Below are positions 37,501 through 50,860 of a stretch of DNA of 53,832 nucleotides, in pieces (position 1 is the stretch's first letter; every line of letters begins with the position of its first letter). The notes below the pieces were generated by a model. That model did no database searches, was not told the DNA's origin, and was given only the letters and a program-made list of their open reading frames with translations. Both the position numbers and the translations under genes were made by a program. The stretch is from Klebsormidium nitens (lineage: Eukaryota; Plantae; Klebsormidiophyceae), in NCBI GenBank assembly GCA_000708835.1, contig DF237539.1, positions 1 through 53,832 of the forward strand, given 5' to 3'.

Positions 37501-38667
37501 AATCCGATGGCTAGTCTGACGCAACAGCTATTTCATTTCGCGTCCCCTCACGTCTGCAGAGTAAGCTGCATGATCGGCGGTCGGGAGGACAGCGGCCTGG
37601 ACGTCGCTGCCGTGGTCTGCCTGGGGTACCCTCTCAAGGTACGGACCGCTGCATTCAAGCGAACCCCCGATGACGTCATGCCCGCAGCCTGGCGTGTCCA
37701 AACCGAACTTAGCTCCCGCAGCATGTTGTGTGGACCAGAGGGGGTTCGGACATTTTGCGAACTTTTAGAAGGCCTCTACAATATTGTAAAAGCTGGACTA
37801 TGCGGCTCGCAGAGATGGTGCCTTATGGTACCAGCTCATCAATCTGCAAATTGTCGTTTTTCGAGCATCCTTTCCAATCTCCCGACAGCCTTGCTGACAG
37901 ATTGTGTACTGACTGATGAGTCGGCAGGAGAGTTCGGACGGTTGGGCAATCTCGTCCTGATTCAAGGTCGAAAAGATTGGCGGCAACATGAAACGGGATG
38001 CCAGACGAAGATTCCGCCGTTGAGGTGGCTCTTGATGTTTTGCGGTTCGTTCCTTCTCAGGGCATGGGGAAGGGTCCGCTCCGTGAGCAGACGCTGTTGG
38101 ACCTCAAGTGCCCGGTGCTCTTTGTCCAGGTAACTTCGCATTACTTTCGCTGGCTTTTTATGCGGGCCAAAAGTATGGGATCGCCCTTTTCTTCATTTTG
38201 TCATTCGCCGTAGACCTGACCCCGTTCGTTTGGGAATTCCCCCTTGCCCAGCTCTCCGCATTTGGTATCCTCATGCGCAGCTAAACTCTTCTTGAGACCG
38301 TCGTTTCCTTGTTCTGCTGGCCGCTGCTCGAGCTCAGCCTGGCCTTGAACAACTTGGCGCCCTAATCAGCGCTTGTCCCGTTATAAAAAGCGTGTTCTCT
38401 GGACCGAAAGCCACATTCTCCTTTGAAGACTCAGCCTCCAGTTCCCGTCTGCTGCTACAGGGCAGCAAGGACTCCATGTGCCCGCTCGATTCACTGGCAG
38501 ACGTCCGAGAGCGTATGTCTGCGGACAACAACTTATACGTCGTGGAGGGCGGCGATCACGGGCTGTCGGTCGGTGTAAAAGCGCTCGCGGCCCAGGAGCT
38601 CACTAAAGAGGAGGCCGAGTCGGCAGCGCTTGAGGCGATTGCGACCTTCCTTAGTCCCTTGCTCTGA
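31517..38667 (+). CDS. KANSL3/TEX30-like alpha/beta hydrolase with a very long disordered N-terminal extension
   Basis: ORF 31517-32811 (aag|gtgagc) joins in phase 0 to cag|gctgct at ~33499 and runs to 35801. Later exons give APLIVFAHGAGAGSSSPFMQR, VDVVTFDYP, PPKAEKLVDFH..LVLIGKSMGSR, AVVCLGYPLK, LKCPVLFVQGSKDSMC, YVVEGGDHGLSV. The nucleophile elbow G-K-S-M-G and the catalytic Asp and His positions are present. Confidence 0.8.
32564..32708 (+). repeat. Intragenic coding duplication (GASEKDADGD..GD, twice)
   Basis: ggggcatctgaaaa(a/g)gacgccgacggtga at ~32564 and ~32660. Confidence 0.85.
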
Positions 38668-40026
38668 TGAATCTTCCAGATTACTTTCGCATGAGTAGTT
38701 AGGGGGACAAGTACCTGCCAGGTGTGTCGGTCACACATTCTTTGATTCGCGAGCTCTATGGTTCCTGTAGCGGCGGGACGAAGACAGAGCGAGACGATGC
38801 AGATTCGATGAAAGAGGTGAGAGAGTTCAGAAGGTTGTCAGAAAGTGTGACCGGTTAGAATCTCCTAAGGCGGCCGCCATGTTATTGTGCGACCCACGTC
38901 ACAGGCGATTCCAAGTTTGCTCCAAACGATGTTAGATTCGGATCAACCGAATTTGTTACCTGCACAAGAGGCTGGTTGCAAAATACCTGATAGCATGTAG
39001 GGTCATATAATTGCACACGTTGCGCGTCAGCGCCGTGCACGCAACGTCCATACTATAGCATGTCGGATCCGACGGATGTGCTTTAAGCTGCATGCACTGG
39101 ATTGGCTTGATCGGTCCTGCATGGCCCGCATGGGTTATACGTCAGGGCGGCCATCCGATTGACGCCGCTGCTCGGCAGCCCGCGCGCATGCCCACTGGCA
39201 CTGAGCTGCATCTGTTGGCTGTTCAAGGCGGCTGAGCTCTGTCCATTGTACGCGCGCGAAGTGGACCCGTCAATCCACTCATCTAACGTACGCGCACTGA
39301 AGCTTGCAACCCTGCAGCAAGCTGAGTTATAAGGCCCCGGATAAATGTACGTCTGTCAGTGTATCGTAGTACGTTCGATCGGACTGTCACTGACCGGGCC
39401 GCGTCCGGCATGGTGCCGCCACAGTTCAATCAGTGCTTGAAGCTGCTAATTGTCCGGCTTCTCACTCGATCGCCCAGCTCAACTCCGACGTATACGACGA
39501 CTCGAGCTTTGGGCCATGGATCATGGAGACTCGGGGTTGCGATTGATATCCTCTCCGTCAGGTCTGCTTGATTGACGGAGGAGAACTCAGCAAGCTGCAT
39601 CACCGCTCGAAGTACGCGCTGTTCGATCAGCTAGCATTGGCATCCACGAGCAGACCAAGGATCCTTTGAAGCCCCTTTGAAGAAACGAGATGGACGGCTG
39701 TACCTCTAAAGACTTTGATTTGTTTTAATCTCGGAGGGGCGAACCCAGGCGAACCTCGAAGCTTCACGTCCATATGTACCTCTTCGCATCTCCGACTAGC
39801 CGCTAGACGAATCTAAATGACCTGTCTCTATCAAGTGGCCGGTCACCAACCTTGACAGTAACCCGACTCCAGAACCTCGATGACATGATTTGATTGATTG
39901 ATTGATCCACGTTTTATCTCACCATATACTAGTAGCCTACTCGCTTTGATTTCTTCGTGTCTCCAGCTTCGAGGCGCCGAGAGCCGTGTGCCTTCCTTTC
40001 ATGCTTGCACATGACTGAAGGGGACA

Positions 40027-42652
40027 ATGACTCGGCCAATTGATTTGATCCTCGAACTTCACGATTTTACGAGATTCTTGTTGGCTTTCAAACAAGGGCA
40101 CTATAGCCATCCGGAAGTCATCAACTTTCTTGCGCCCTCAGCTCGCACCGTTGTCATGGCGCTTTGCAAGGCAGGCCGGTGTCTAAAAGCAAACCAAAAG
40201 TCACCAGAAAAAGATAGAGTTGAGGACAGACCTTCATCCAGATGGAGAACACAACCCCGCGTGCGGCGCGCCATGGCGTCTTTTTGGAGCGCCAGTTTTG
40301 CTGCGTGCGTGTTCTGCCTGTTAGCAGGAGATTATCTGCAAATTTGGCAGCGGTCTGGGCTGGGCTCAACTTTGCAAGGTTTCTTTCCAGAAGGCAAGGG
40401 GTCCTTTGCCAAGGAAACGCAAGGTTTGCAAGGCACGATGAATCAAAGCAACAACATTGTGCACAAAGATCATCAACTTGCGTTCGCTCCAGATCAATCA
40501 GCAGAGAGTTGCAAGTTAGAAGCAGGTCATGAGTTCGCATCTGGCTTGATCGTCCAGGGAGCTTGCACGTGCCTTCCGGGACTTGAGTGCACTTTACACA
40601 TCCGCTCTTTCCTCGAAGAGCACTGGGACACAGACGATAAAATGGCGCAGGAGCTGCTCGTCGTTTTTGAAGGCCCCGCACGCGCCATTGCCAGACTGGA
40701 GCCAGACAACAAAAACAGCGCCTTCGCCGCCTGGAGGGCCCGCTACCAGATCTGGGACCCCGGTTCGTACCGGGTCTCCGTGCAGGCGGGATGCACGGCG
40801 CGGAGCCAGAGCGTCATCCTGGCAACCTTTGGCGTGCAAGTGTCGGGGTTTGAGGGTTTAGGCACGCGGCCGCGGCCGACGCCGTGCGATTTTGGGCAGC
40901 ATGGACGATGGCTTCTCGATCAACCGAGCAAGGATTACCGTTGGATACCTTTCCCGTGCGCCCCGCCTCTGGTAAATACGGAGACCTTCCCACAGGAGAT
41001 AAGGCGGAGGGGTTATGGAAGGATAGTGTTCATAGGCGATTCCCACCAGCGAATGCTGTACATGCACCTGAAATTTCTGCTGGATGGGCGGGCGATCGTT
41101 GCGGACTACGACCGCCACGTGGACTTCACAAGCACCATCAATGAAGGGGATCCTGAAAGTGAATTGCAGCTCCGCTTCTACTGGGTTGACGGGTGAGCAG
41201 AGAGGTCTTGTTTCAAGCAGTGCTGTCCGCTGAAGACATACGTTTTTATTTGCGAGCTCTCTGATAACATCAACAATACTGACTCGACATAAGGTGTGCT
41301 TGACGTAATAGATACTGATTCGATTATCCAGGTGCTGACACGTTCTCGTTCGAGACGTCTTCAACCTTGAAGTTGCTGTCAACAAGAGAAGGTTATGGAA
41401 CGTTGTTCCGACGTTCCGAGCTTCCTCTTTGTGGGTACACTTTACATCGGTCCCCTTTCCTTGGCAAAATGGCACTGATCCGTTCCGCTTGCTTCCCTTG
41501 CAGCATTTACCGGAACGGCCAGGACGGATGCCGGAACAGAGGGCGGTACTCCCGTCGCGAAGACTCCTTTCCTGAGATTGCCGCGAGCGACGACTCAATC
41601 TTTGTCCTTGACGCTGGAGCTTGGAGCGCCACATTCTGCGACAGGTATTCGTTCAAATTTAGAACAAGCCGCTATGTCTCGCGGCTTCGCACCTTTCTAA
41701 GCTTACATGCGAAAGCAAAGTAACCGTTAGTTTCATGATCCAGTAACTTTGTCCCTCCTATGTGAGCACAAGAAAAGGCTTACTAAAAATATTGGTCTTG
41801 TGAAACAAGTAAGACCGACACCGTACTGGAAGAGGGTACTTTTCAGTAGGAGACGATCTTACAGCTTTGGCGGCCTCGTTTTCAGACCGGCAACATGCTG
41901 AAACGGGTAAGCCAGACTTTCAAGTACGCAGCGGGCTGAATGTGTGCGGCAGAATCAGTCGAGTTCGCTCTTAATCAAAGCCGGAAAAACGTTCAACGTT
42001 CCCTCTGGTGAATGAAAATACAGGGCCACAAACGCCCTTGTATAAAATGCTCTGTCCTCGACGCGTCCAACGGCAACGTAAGGTGTTCTACCTTCTTTAC
42101 GAGCTCGAAGCTCAAGGAAGAGTGTGCAGTGGCAGCGTCATACAAGCCTGCTCAGTTCGACCAGATGATTGTACGTACACTCACTCGGCCGAGAAAGTTC
42201 CATCTCTCAATGTGAGCATGCCCCCGGCTGCAATCGTGCGTTTTTCAAGGACCGTATTCCTGATCACATCGTTTTTCAATCACAGGCCCCTCCAAGCATA
42301 TACCCGGCACATTTTACCGTTCATCGACTGGGGCGCATCTCTTGTCCGCGGAAACAGCACCCTTGTGTGGCGGACGGCTCCCCCTTCCGTCTGGTTCTGC
42401 GAACGGAAGAACGGAATCCTTCACCACTTCAATGAGATAACGTCACACCTACTGAGTGGGCGTATACCAGAGGTTAAGGTGTTTGACAGCTGGCAGATCG
42501 AGGCGCCCCGTTTCCGGGATGCAGACCCAATCAGCCATTACTCCTGGACGGAACCTAATGCGAACGGAAACGGAACGCTGGTGATGGCCGGTCCTGTGGG
42601 GAAGGCAGTAGTGCACGCATTCATGACTTGGGTACTCGAGAATCATAACTAG
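40027..42652 (+). CDS. NXPE/PC-esterase-like (SGNH-fold acyl esterase or O-acyltransferase), membrane anchored, 3 exons
   Basis: Exons ~40027 (or ATG 40273)-41191, ~41505-41645, ~42286-42652. Hydrophobic anchor SFAACVFCLLAG; GP..WRARYQIWDPGSYRVSV segment; Cys-flanked GRW..WIP region; RIVFIGDSHQR (GDS motif); LVWRTAPP; VFDSW..DADPISHY (D..H-type motif). Confidence 0.7.
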
Positions 42653-44437
42653 TTAAGCACAGGCCGTAGGGATGGAAAACGCCTTTGGCTGCTCGCTCTT
42701 TCGCTTCTTATTTTCTGTACTTTTAATCCTTAATTGAAGGGTCTGATGAGTATGTACCTTTCTGTGCAGCCATTTCTGACAAGTGGATAGCACAGAATCA
42801 GTCTCTAGCCCATGCGCAATCTACGTCGCTACATTGAGAGTCCGGAAGCGTTTAGAACTCATTTTTAGGATACGAAACGTAAGATGCCACGTGAAAGCTT
42901 ACAACATCCGCAAAGGACGTGCATATTTTCTGATCCTAACAATTTGACATGAGAACATAAAACAGAGTTGTCAATCCGTAGATGTGCTCAATTTTTACAA
43001 CCGCATAGAATGAAGGTGCCAACACAGAATCCACTTGACCGGCCCTCACCCGATTTGGCACCTTCGGTCACCGCCTCTGGAACCTCAACTTGTCCGTTTG
43101 ACTGCTGACAAGCCTCGAAAACTCAAGACCAGCCTGAAAGTGTGATGCCATCGCAACCGTCAAAGAGTCAGGCTGCCTCTTGCCTCAGTTGTCCTTGCCT
43201 GTTGGATGCTTAGCGCCAATCGACACACATGACGTCGGCTTTGAGTAAAACTTGGGATAAAAAAACTTGAACCTGGTGAAAAACCCCGTATCCTATCCTA
43301 TCCTCTATCCTTTTTACAAAACTCACCCCTCCTCCAAGCGACATGTCGTTGGAATCATCGTCCATAAGCACTCTGATGCTTATCCTGCTATTTCCTGGCA
43401 TACTTCAAGTCGTATCACTGCAGACTCCGATTACCCGCCATCATCATTCGAACGTTATCAATTGCAAGATGCCTCTCAAATCCAACTAAGCGCGGCAGCT
43501 AGCGTGCACTTATGCAAGTGCTTAGCTAGAATGGATGCAAGCTCAATGAACGAGGTGCGTCCTTGTTATGAGCAATGCTTGTGCAACCATGCAAATAGAC
43601 AAAGCCTAGCCAAGATGTAGAACCGCTCGTTCGTTCGAGACTCTTTCGGGTTTCTGATACATCGTCGAGGCTTACCTCGATAGTCTGTTGGCAAAGCCTA
43701 TTGCTTCCTTTGGCTTAGCTTAGGACTGCTAGTGATCTTTCCATCCTCAATGCGCTTAAGGGGTGCGTCTCTATCCCCTGACTTGATTGGATAATCTGCA
43801 TCAATAAAGCTGCAAAAGACATGCAAGTCGGTCAGACGTGGACCCTCTCAAACGACGTAAACTCCAGTTCCGCTCAATCGCCACAGTTGGCTGAAGAAAG
43901 CCCTTCGAGTTTGACCAACCGCTGGACCAAGATGCACCACTGACCATGTGCAACAAGGAGGGTCGAAGCTTGGACATACTGTCCGTCGAAAATGCTTGAC
44001 GCTACCTAGAAGCACCTTCGCACAACGCTCTGAGCGGAACAGGTAGACTGGGTAGAGCGTCATCACTAGGAATCGTCTACTTAACCTTGAATCCACTTAC
44101 AAAGTTCCCGAACCCTTGGGCTCTTCTCTGTAGCCAGCCGAACGGAGCCTGTTGAAAAAACAGCAAACAGGTTAGCGGACAACGATGGCCTTGCTGAGTG
44201 GACTGCATTGCGCTGTCGTACACGCAAGCGCCCTTTGTCGGATGAAAGGGTGCAAAGTCTGGTTGCTGCAAAGAGGTTCCTGGGAGCAGGCAGCTGCGCT
44301 TTTGTAAGAGAGACCACAGTCGTAGGACATGTACTCCGAAGGAACATCACCTCCAAGCAGCGCTCCAGCGTTGTGGCCCCAACCAGCTTGAAACACAACA
44401 GAGTATAACAAGGAGGAGCCAGAGGTATGCTGGAGAC

Positions 44438-44812
44438 CTACATCTCGGCAACTTGGCCTTGTATCGTGACTCGGACCGCCCTGCCCTTTCCAGCCCCGGT
44501 CCGCAAGGTGACCAGAGCAGGCCCGCGAGACTTGTGCCCCTCCGTGTTCGCGCTCCTTGCCTTGCTGTTGGGTGGAGGGTAGGAGTAGGAGTCTGTTATG
44601 GCCGCCTTCATCGCCTCTATCTCCGCAATGATCGCCATCTTTGCTTCCTTACGCTTCTGCTTATACTCCGCGGCTCGTTGGGCGTTCGCAGCAAACAATT
44701 CGTCGAACTCAGCTCTGAAAGACGATTGAAACTCGTCAAGCGAGTCACCACTGCACGATCCGGCCCGCAGCTCATTGGGAGGCTTGCCAGGGGTTCCTGG
44801 AGAGAGAGCCAT
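44438..44812 (-). CDS. Hypothetical protein, first exon or short ORF, divergent from the SMP-30 gene
   Basis: 124-aa ATG-initiated ORF with a charged, helical-looking core (FRAEFDELFAANAQRAAEYKQKRKEAKMAIIAEIEAMK). No family recognised and downstream exons unresolved. Confidence 0.3.
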   Translation of the reverse strand: MALSPGTPGKPPNELRAGSCSGDSLDEFQSSFRAEFDELFAANAQRAAEYKQKRKEAKMAIIAEIEAMKAAITDSYSYPPPNSKARSANTEGHKSRGPALVTLRTGAGKGRAVRVTIQGQVAEM

Positions 44813-45456
44813 CCTGACAGCGCCTGCTCGACAGTCTACAAGTCTAGGGGCTGCAACAAGATCAAAAGCAAGGGATGGCGACGCCCGGCCCTGAGCTTGT
44901 CAACCATGCGCGCCTAAGGAAAACAGATGCTCCTCCTACAGCTTCAGCGCGCAGCTGCCTGCGCAAGTGCCTGTTCGACAGAGATCCTTCTTTCACCTGA
45001 GGGTTTTCAGCGTTTGCAATGTATCAGACAGCTGCGTATTGGCCCGCGCGCAGCTAGTACGGTCGACATGAGTTTGCGCGGCCGCGTGGCCGCTTCTCCA
45101 GAGGGTTTCAAGTTTTTGCGCTTGACGTCACGTACGTCCTACGCCTTAGAAGCTGACGTCACTAGTTCATTTGGCTCTCTGACAATGCGACGCGTGTCAT
45201 CTATGTACTGGCCTAGCTATAGACGGCCCCTTCTGCTTGAATTGCAATCAGCAATGCAATGCAACGCGGGAATCAGGATGTGCGGTTTTGCAGGACCCCC
45301 ATATATACTAGGACTACACCTATAGTCGCATTTGGGCGCTGCCAGCATTGTAGCCTGTAGGTGAGGTTGGCGCCACCTTCGCATCGGCACATCCGAAGTA
45401 GTCACCTGAGGTGGTCTCTGAGGGACCGCTGATTGTGCGCATTTTCGGTTGCACCG

Positions 45457-48400
45457 ATGGCGAAAGTTGAGCTGGCGCTAGACAGCAAGTGCATATTGGG
45501 CGAGTGCCCCATCTCTGAAGCATCCGGGAAGGTAAGGCGAGGTGGCGCAAGCACGGCCTGACATGGATCTAAGCAATAAAGTTTCTCAACTGTATTCTTT
45601 GAAACTAACTTGACGAAGGATTGGCCCACAATAGGGCTTAGCACCGTGATCAATCTTCATGTTCGATTGACATTAGAGCCCTACAAACTGAATTCAACAT
45701 GCAATGCTGTCTGCACCAGAGACAAGTGGCAGCGGTGGATGCTGCATTCTTAATTCTTTGTGTATATCCCTAGGTCCATTTTGTTGACATCAACAAGAAG
45801 CTGATCCACACGCTAGATCCCTCCTCCGACGACCATGAGATCATCGAGACGCCTGAGTTCGTGGGGTGCATTGTGCCACGCGCTGGAAAGGGGTTGCTTG
45901 CAGGCTTGCAGGTTGGTTTGCTTGCGCTCTTTCTCAATACTTTAAGGCGGCCTTTCTACAGGCTTGTATGTGCTTTTGTGGCAGCATTGCTTGGCAGTGT
46001 GCCTCTCTGACTGCAGCCGGATGGATGATTCTTTGATCTTCTGCGTCAGCTACACTCCATTTCTCTGTGGTTGTAGCCACTGTCGAATGTCACAAAGCGC
46101 AGCTGCTGTTTTATAGTCCTGTCTCCTGGTAGCCGGCATTCAGTTGCATTTGATCTTTTTGTGGTGGTGCAGCTTTCGACGCCAACCCTTCTGTAAACTT
46201 TCTGAAAAATCGAAGTTTCGTGTTTGGAATTTGAGGGCCATTGTTCAAAGTCCATGCTGTGGAAAGTATCCCTCTTCAAAGGCTTTCAGTTTGATGCAAG
46301 TATTGGCCACCGCTGCAGCCTTTGCCTAGGCATCATCTTTTTCTAGGTTGATTGGACAGAGGGCAAGCACCGAATGTACACAGCACCAGAGTCAAGCTCA
46401 GCTTTTGTTTCTTTGATTCTTTTGTCAGACATGCATCTGCTAATATGTGCACTGATGTGTGGTCGTCTTTGCAGCACACCATTGTCCATGTTGACACCAT
46501 GGTCAGCAAGCTAGGCGACGTCGTGGCCCGCGTTCCTGAGGGGAATGCAAAAGAGCACTTTCGGTTCAATGATGGAAAGGTGGATCCGGCAGGAAGGTTC
46601 TGGGTGAGTTCGAAAGCTGGTTTTCTGCTATTCAAAGATGGTGCTTGCTGAGGGTTTTGGCCTTTCTTATAGATATTGGGCGATTCGAAATTATGCTTTT
46701 GTAGTCCAGTCTGTTGACGAAGGTCAGCCCCCCTTCAATGCGGTGTGTGGGCCATCAAAAGCTAGATGGACGTTTTTCGATGTGCGCCTAGTTCTTGTTA
46801 GGCAATAAATAAGCAGGTTCGTGTGGATATCTGCAATTGATCAGACGAGCGCACAGGATATACGTTCAAGGAAATGGAAAAGGCTGTCCGTGTATCCGGC
46901 TGGCTCCTCTTAGTTCTGCATCTCCAAGGAACGTTTGGGTTTTTTCCTGAATGATTGGCTAAAGACTTATCGCTTCCATGTACATCCTACTCGAACAGCT
47001 CAACTTCCCACTTTCACTTATGTAAGCTTACCACGTCGGACTGTTCTGATTTGTCGATGTTTTCCTGACGCCGCAGTCTCTGCATGACAGGTTGGCCATA
47101 TGAACCTGCACTGGCGAGACCCGACGGTGGCCAAGGGCAAGCTGTATTGTTTGGATCCAGCAAAGAAGGACGACGGTCTGGTGGTGAAACTGAACGACAC
47201 CGTTCTTTCCAACGGCCTGTGCTGGAGCAGCGACAAGCGGTCCTTCTTCTGGGTGGACACATCACTGCAGGTGGGGATAATCAAGTGTTTTCAACGCAAT
47301 ACTCAGAGCTTGGTCAAAGTCTAAAGTCGATATCAAATGAAGAATCCACTCGAGGATGCACCACTCGATTCTCCAAACCTCGATTGGCTCACATGCTGCG
47401 GTTGTCTGACGTGCCCGTTCCGCCTTGCCATATTTTCAGTTTGTGGTTGAAACAACGTGTCTAAAAGCAAGAGTCTGCGCCAAGATATTTAGGGGGATCG
47501 TCTTTGACGCAACTCGCTCGTTATTGACGAAGTGTAGCGCCCTGTCGCGGCTGAAGTTCCCAATCAATTCAATTTAAGCAAACACCGGCCTCAGAGGTGA
47601 TCGTCCTCAGTGCTGTAACTGCTGACCGCGTGTCTCCCATGCAGAAAGCGTACCACTTTGACTACGACCTAGAGTCCGGCGACATCAGCAACCAAAAAGT
47701 GTGCGTCGATGTTCCCGAAGACTTTGGTAAGTCACTGGTTCTGCTCCGCACCGTGAACGTACACGCACGGGCCCTCCGCAAGTCTGTTGCTCGAAAGTTC
47801 CCACAGTCGTTTTGCTTCTCTATTCCAGTTGAGTGCCTAATGTTTGGACAGGCGGACTCCCTCCCCTGAGGTCTTTGCAGCCTGTCATTGTCTCGATGTC
47901 CGTTGGGAGACAGCAATTATTAGAGGAACGATGCACGGATTCTCAAGCAAGTGCTCCATTCGTGAGACGAACCGTTGAAGACGAGCTGTCCTCGTTTGAC
48001 TCCCCTGCTTGAGACACTGTGAAAGTTTGGTCCGAAGCGTCTGATTGTGAATAACCCCTCACCAGCCGAGATCAACTTCATGCGCTGCTTCTCACAGGCT
48101 TGCCCGACGGGATGACGATCGACTCAAACGATAAGCTATGGATCGCCATCGGCGAGAGCGGGCACGTGGCTCAGTACGACCCCGAGACTGGCAAGGAGCT
48201 GCAACGAGTGAAGCTGCCAGTGAAGAGGCCGACGTCTCTAGAGTTTGGAGGTGAGGCTTTCTGTTGATCAGCAAAATTTTGTTTCGAATAACTTGTGTGG
48301 AAGTCGAGCTGCGAACCAACCAGCCGGGGCTTTAATTTGTTTCGCCTTACAGAATTGCGCCTGCGCTGGGCCTCACTTCCATGTAAGGGGCAGTTGCACG

Positions 48401-49263
48401 GACAAAGGTTTCCTTGATGAGTGGACTCTCGACTTGGGGAGCGGGCGCAAAGAAGCGGGTGACCTCGCTACTTAGATTTGAAGCCGTGACACTTTGAACT
48501 GAAGAGAGCTTCTGATCTGAGAGTCGCGGCAACTTTGCATCGGACACTCTCGATATTGTGCCTTCAAATCCTGCGGGGTCCAGGAAGAGACGATTGAAGC
48601 TTCTTTAACCGAGCCAAACAGAGGTTGGACGAACGGAGCGTCCTCGGAATCCTCTACCCCTCTTGTCCTAAACTAAAATCGACGCTCGATTTAATCTGCA
48701 GGAAAGGACCTGTCCGAGTTGTACGTCACCACCAGGGAGGAGCCCGGTAAGCGCGTCCCTTAGACCGTCCCGAATGCAACGATAATCCGGAGCACCCTGT
48801 ATTCGCTTCTTTTGCGCTTCGGCACGGATATGCTTCTTCATGTCGTATGGTATTCGTGCGTCGCAGTTTCGAAACGGACGTGCCTCTTCGTACTGATAAA
48901 CCGTCCGGTAATCGTACATAGCAGTAACCAAAGACACGAGTTCAAAATCTAGTCGCATCCATGAGACAACTTTTGCAGATGCGCTTATCGCGATATAGCT
49001 AGACACATCTCTACTGGTGCCCCCGGCTCATGCATTTTCTATGGTCCTGCCTTGCAAATCTTTCAGAGTTTTCGTATTGAGGTCATTCATTGTTTTCTTG
49101 ATCCGTGGGCCTCGTCTGCTGCTTTACCGCCGCTCCTCGTTGTAAGAACTGCCATCTGTCCGTATATGCAGGCAAGAACCCTTCTCCGCACGCTGGAGGC
49201 CTCTTCAGGGCGCACATCCCCGGTGTCAAGGGTCTCGCACACTCTTTCGAGTATGCGGGTTGA
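45457..49263 (+). CDS. SMP-30/gluconolactonase/regucalcin family six-bladed beta-propeller (8 exons)
   Basis: Exons give MAKVELALDSKCILGECPI, VHFVDINKKLIH, FRFNDGKVDPAGRFW, LSNGLCWSSDKRSFFWVDT, FDYDLESGDISNQKV, GLPDGMTIDSNDKLWIA..VKLPVKRPTSLEFG, GKDLSELYVTT, AGGLFRAHIPGVKG..*. The family's E, N, N and D metal-ligand motifs are present. Confidence 0.92.
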
Positions 49264-50860
49264 GCAATCTTAAAGATTGAAAGTAGGAAACAGCGACAGG
49301 AACGATAGTCAGAGCATTCTTTTGAGCGCCATAGAACTCTGAACATGCGACAGCAGCTTGTCCAACCGTTGCTCGATCAATACGTGGCAACCGGATCATC
49401 AATATTGACGAGTTTCAGAGCAGTTCAGCACATCTTAGTATCTAGAAGGAGGGTCATGGAGACAGGACCGGACATGAGCGGCATCATACCGTCATCGGTG
49501 AGCACAAATTCTCCGCTGTGTGCATGCGGCCACAATAGTCAGTTACCTCAACTCAACTATCAGATTGTCATGGGAACCGTCTCTTCGTCGACCCCTGCGA
49601 TATGCATGGCGGCCAAATCTGCTGCAGAAACGTACATAACGACTGGCCCGCTCGAAGTCGCGGCTTGTTTTGCAGGATGCACTCTAGCCCGTAGCTTCTA
49701 GCCTGTAGCTAATTTAACAAGCCTGTCCAGCTGCCATGTGAGACAAAGTGAATTGCATGACATGCAGCATTGCGAATCAATCTGGCTCATGTGGACGAAG
49801 TCACTGCGTGCATAAGTTAGTATACTAAGCCTATAGCCGAATAGCATGACGTCCAGCACTTGCGAGCTTGTGTCCTGCTGCAAACGCCATAAAAGAATCC
49901 GACTAGTGGCTAATCCTAGATCTATGATTTGCGTAACGGCGGCACAGCGGTACCTCGTGTGACCAGCCGTCTACCTCCGTGCCAGCCGCACCATGCAAAC
50001 ATGCAAGCGAGCACGTGTCAACCAAGCGTCCGACCAATTCGATGGCTTAGTATCGGCAACCGGTATGGGCACCAGGAGTTTAGTATGGCCCATCATAATA
50101 GAATGAGCTCCGGAGTAAGGGCATGCTGCTGTAGCGAGGTCATTGGATCTAGTGCCGCCGCGTATCATTGATGATGGCCCATCATAGAGGGAGCCAGGGT
50201 TGCTCGAATTGTTATTTTTCCAATCGCAAAAGCAACTCAAATTCTCCCGAGCTGAACTAGGAAGCTTACTTCTTGCGAGTGACCAGTGCCCTCTGCCCTG
50301 CGTCTGCAAGTGCCTTGGGCGGCTTCAACATCCCTGCCCTCTTTAGTGACACTTCCGCATCCTTGCCCAAAACCCCCTGCTTTGATAGGTGTCCCTGGCC
50401 AAGGACCTCCGACTCCCAAGGACCTCCCACTCCCGAGAGCTGTTGATTGAGCCCTGCACAGAATCACAACATGTGAAACACAGGCTCACAGGCCGCCTCA
50501 GAATTGTCAACAAGCAGCCGAAAGTACCAATTGCTTTGCAGACATGACGCGTTGGTCCACCCCAAGTGGCATGGTGCCCTGGGAGCAAGAAAGGAGGAAC
50601 AAGCTTGGGTCCCGCGACCAAGCACAAGTTTGTTGTCAATCCCTTTCCACTAATCAAGGGACTCTTACCACAAGCGTTTTCTCCCAAAGCCCCAAGTGCA
50701 CTGCCCCTATGCCCCACCGGCCTCCCAGCTGCCCCAAGCATCAATCCCTCCCTCCAGAAAGGATGCCACTTCGGGCCCGGAGAGGTGCGCGCCTTGTCAT
50801 CGTGCGGATGTCGATGGGCGGGTTGACCCCAGAGCTGCGGTGCCGCCAGCCGACTTCGCG

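Noticed and set aside
38990-39320. Possible dispersed element related to 5338-5420 and 15980-16240 (ggatcc, gctgatcgg, gcacgcaa motifs)
   Set aside because: The shared matches are only 8-12 nt and I could not define boundaries, so it is not supportable without alignment.
48668-49006. 112-aa minus-strand ORF
   Set aside because: It is antisense to an SMP-30 intron and micro-exon, and I see no motif or splice support.
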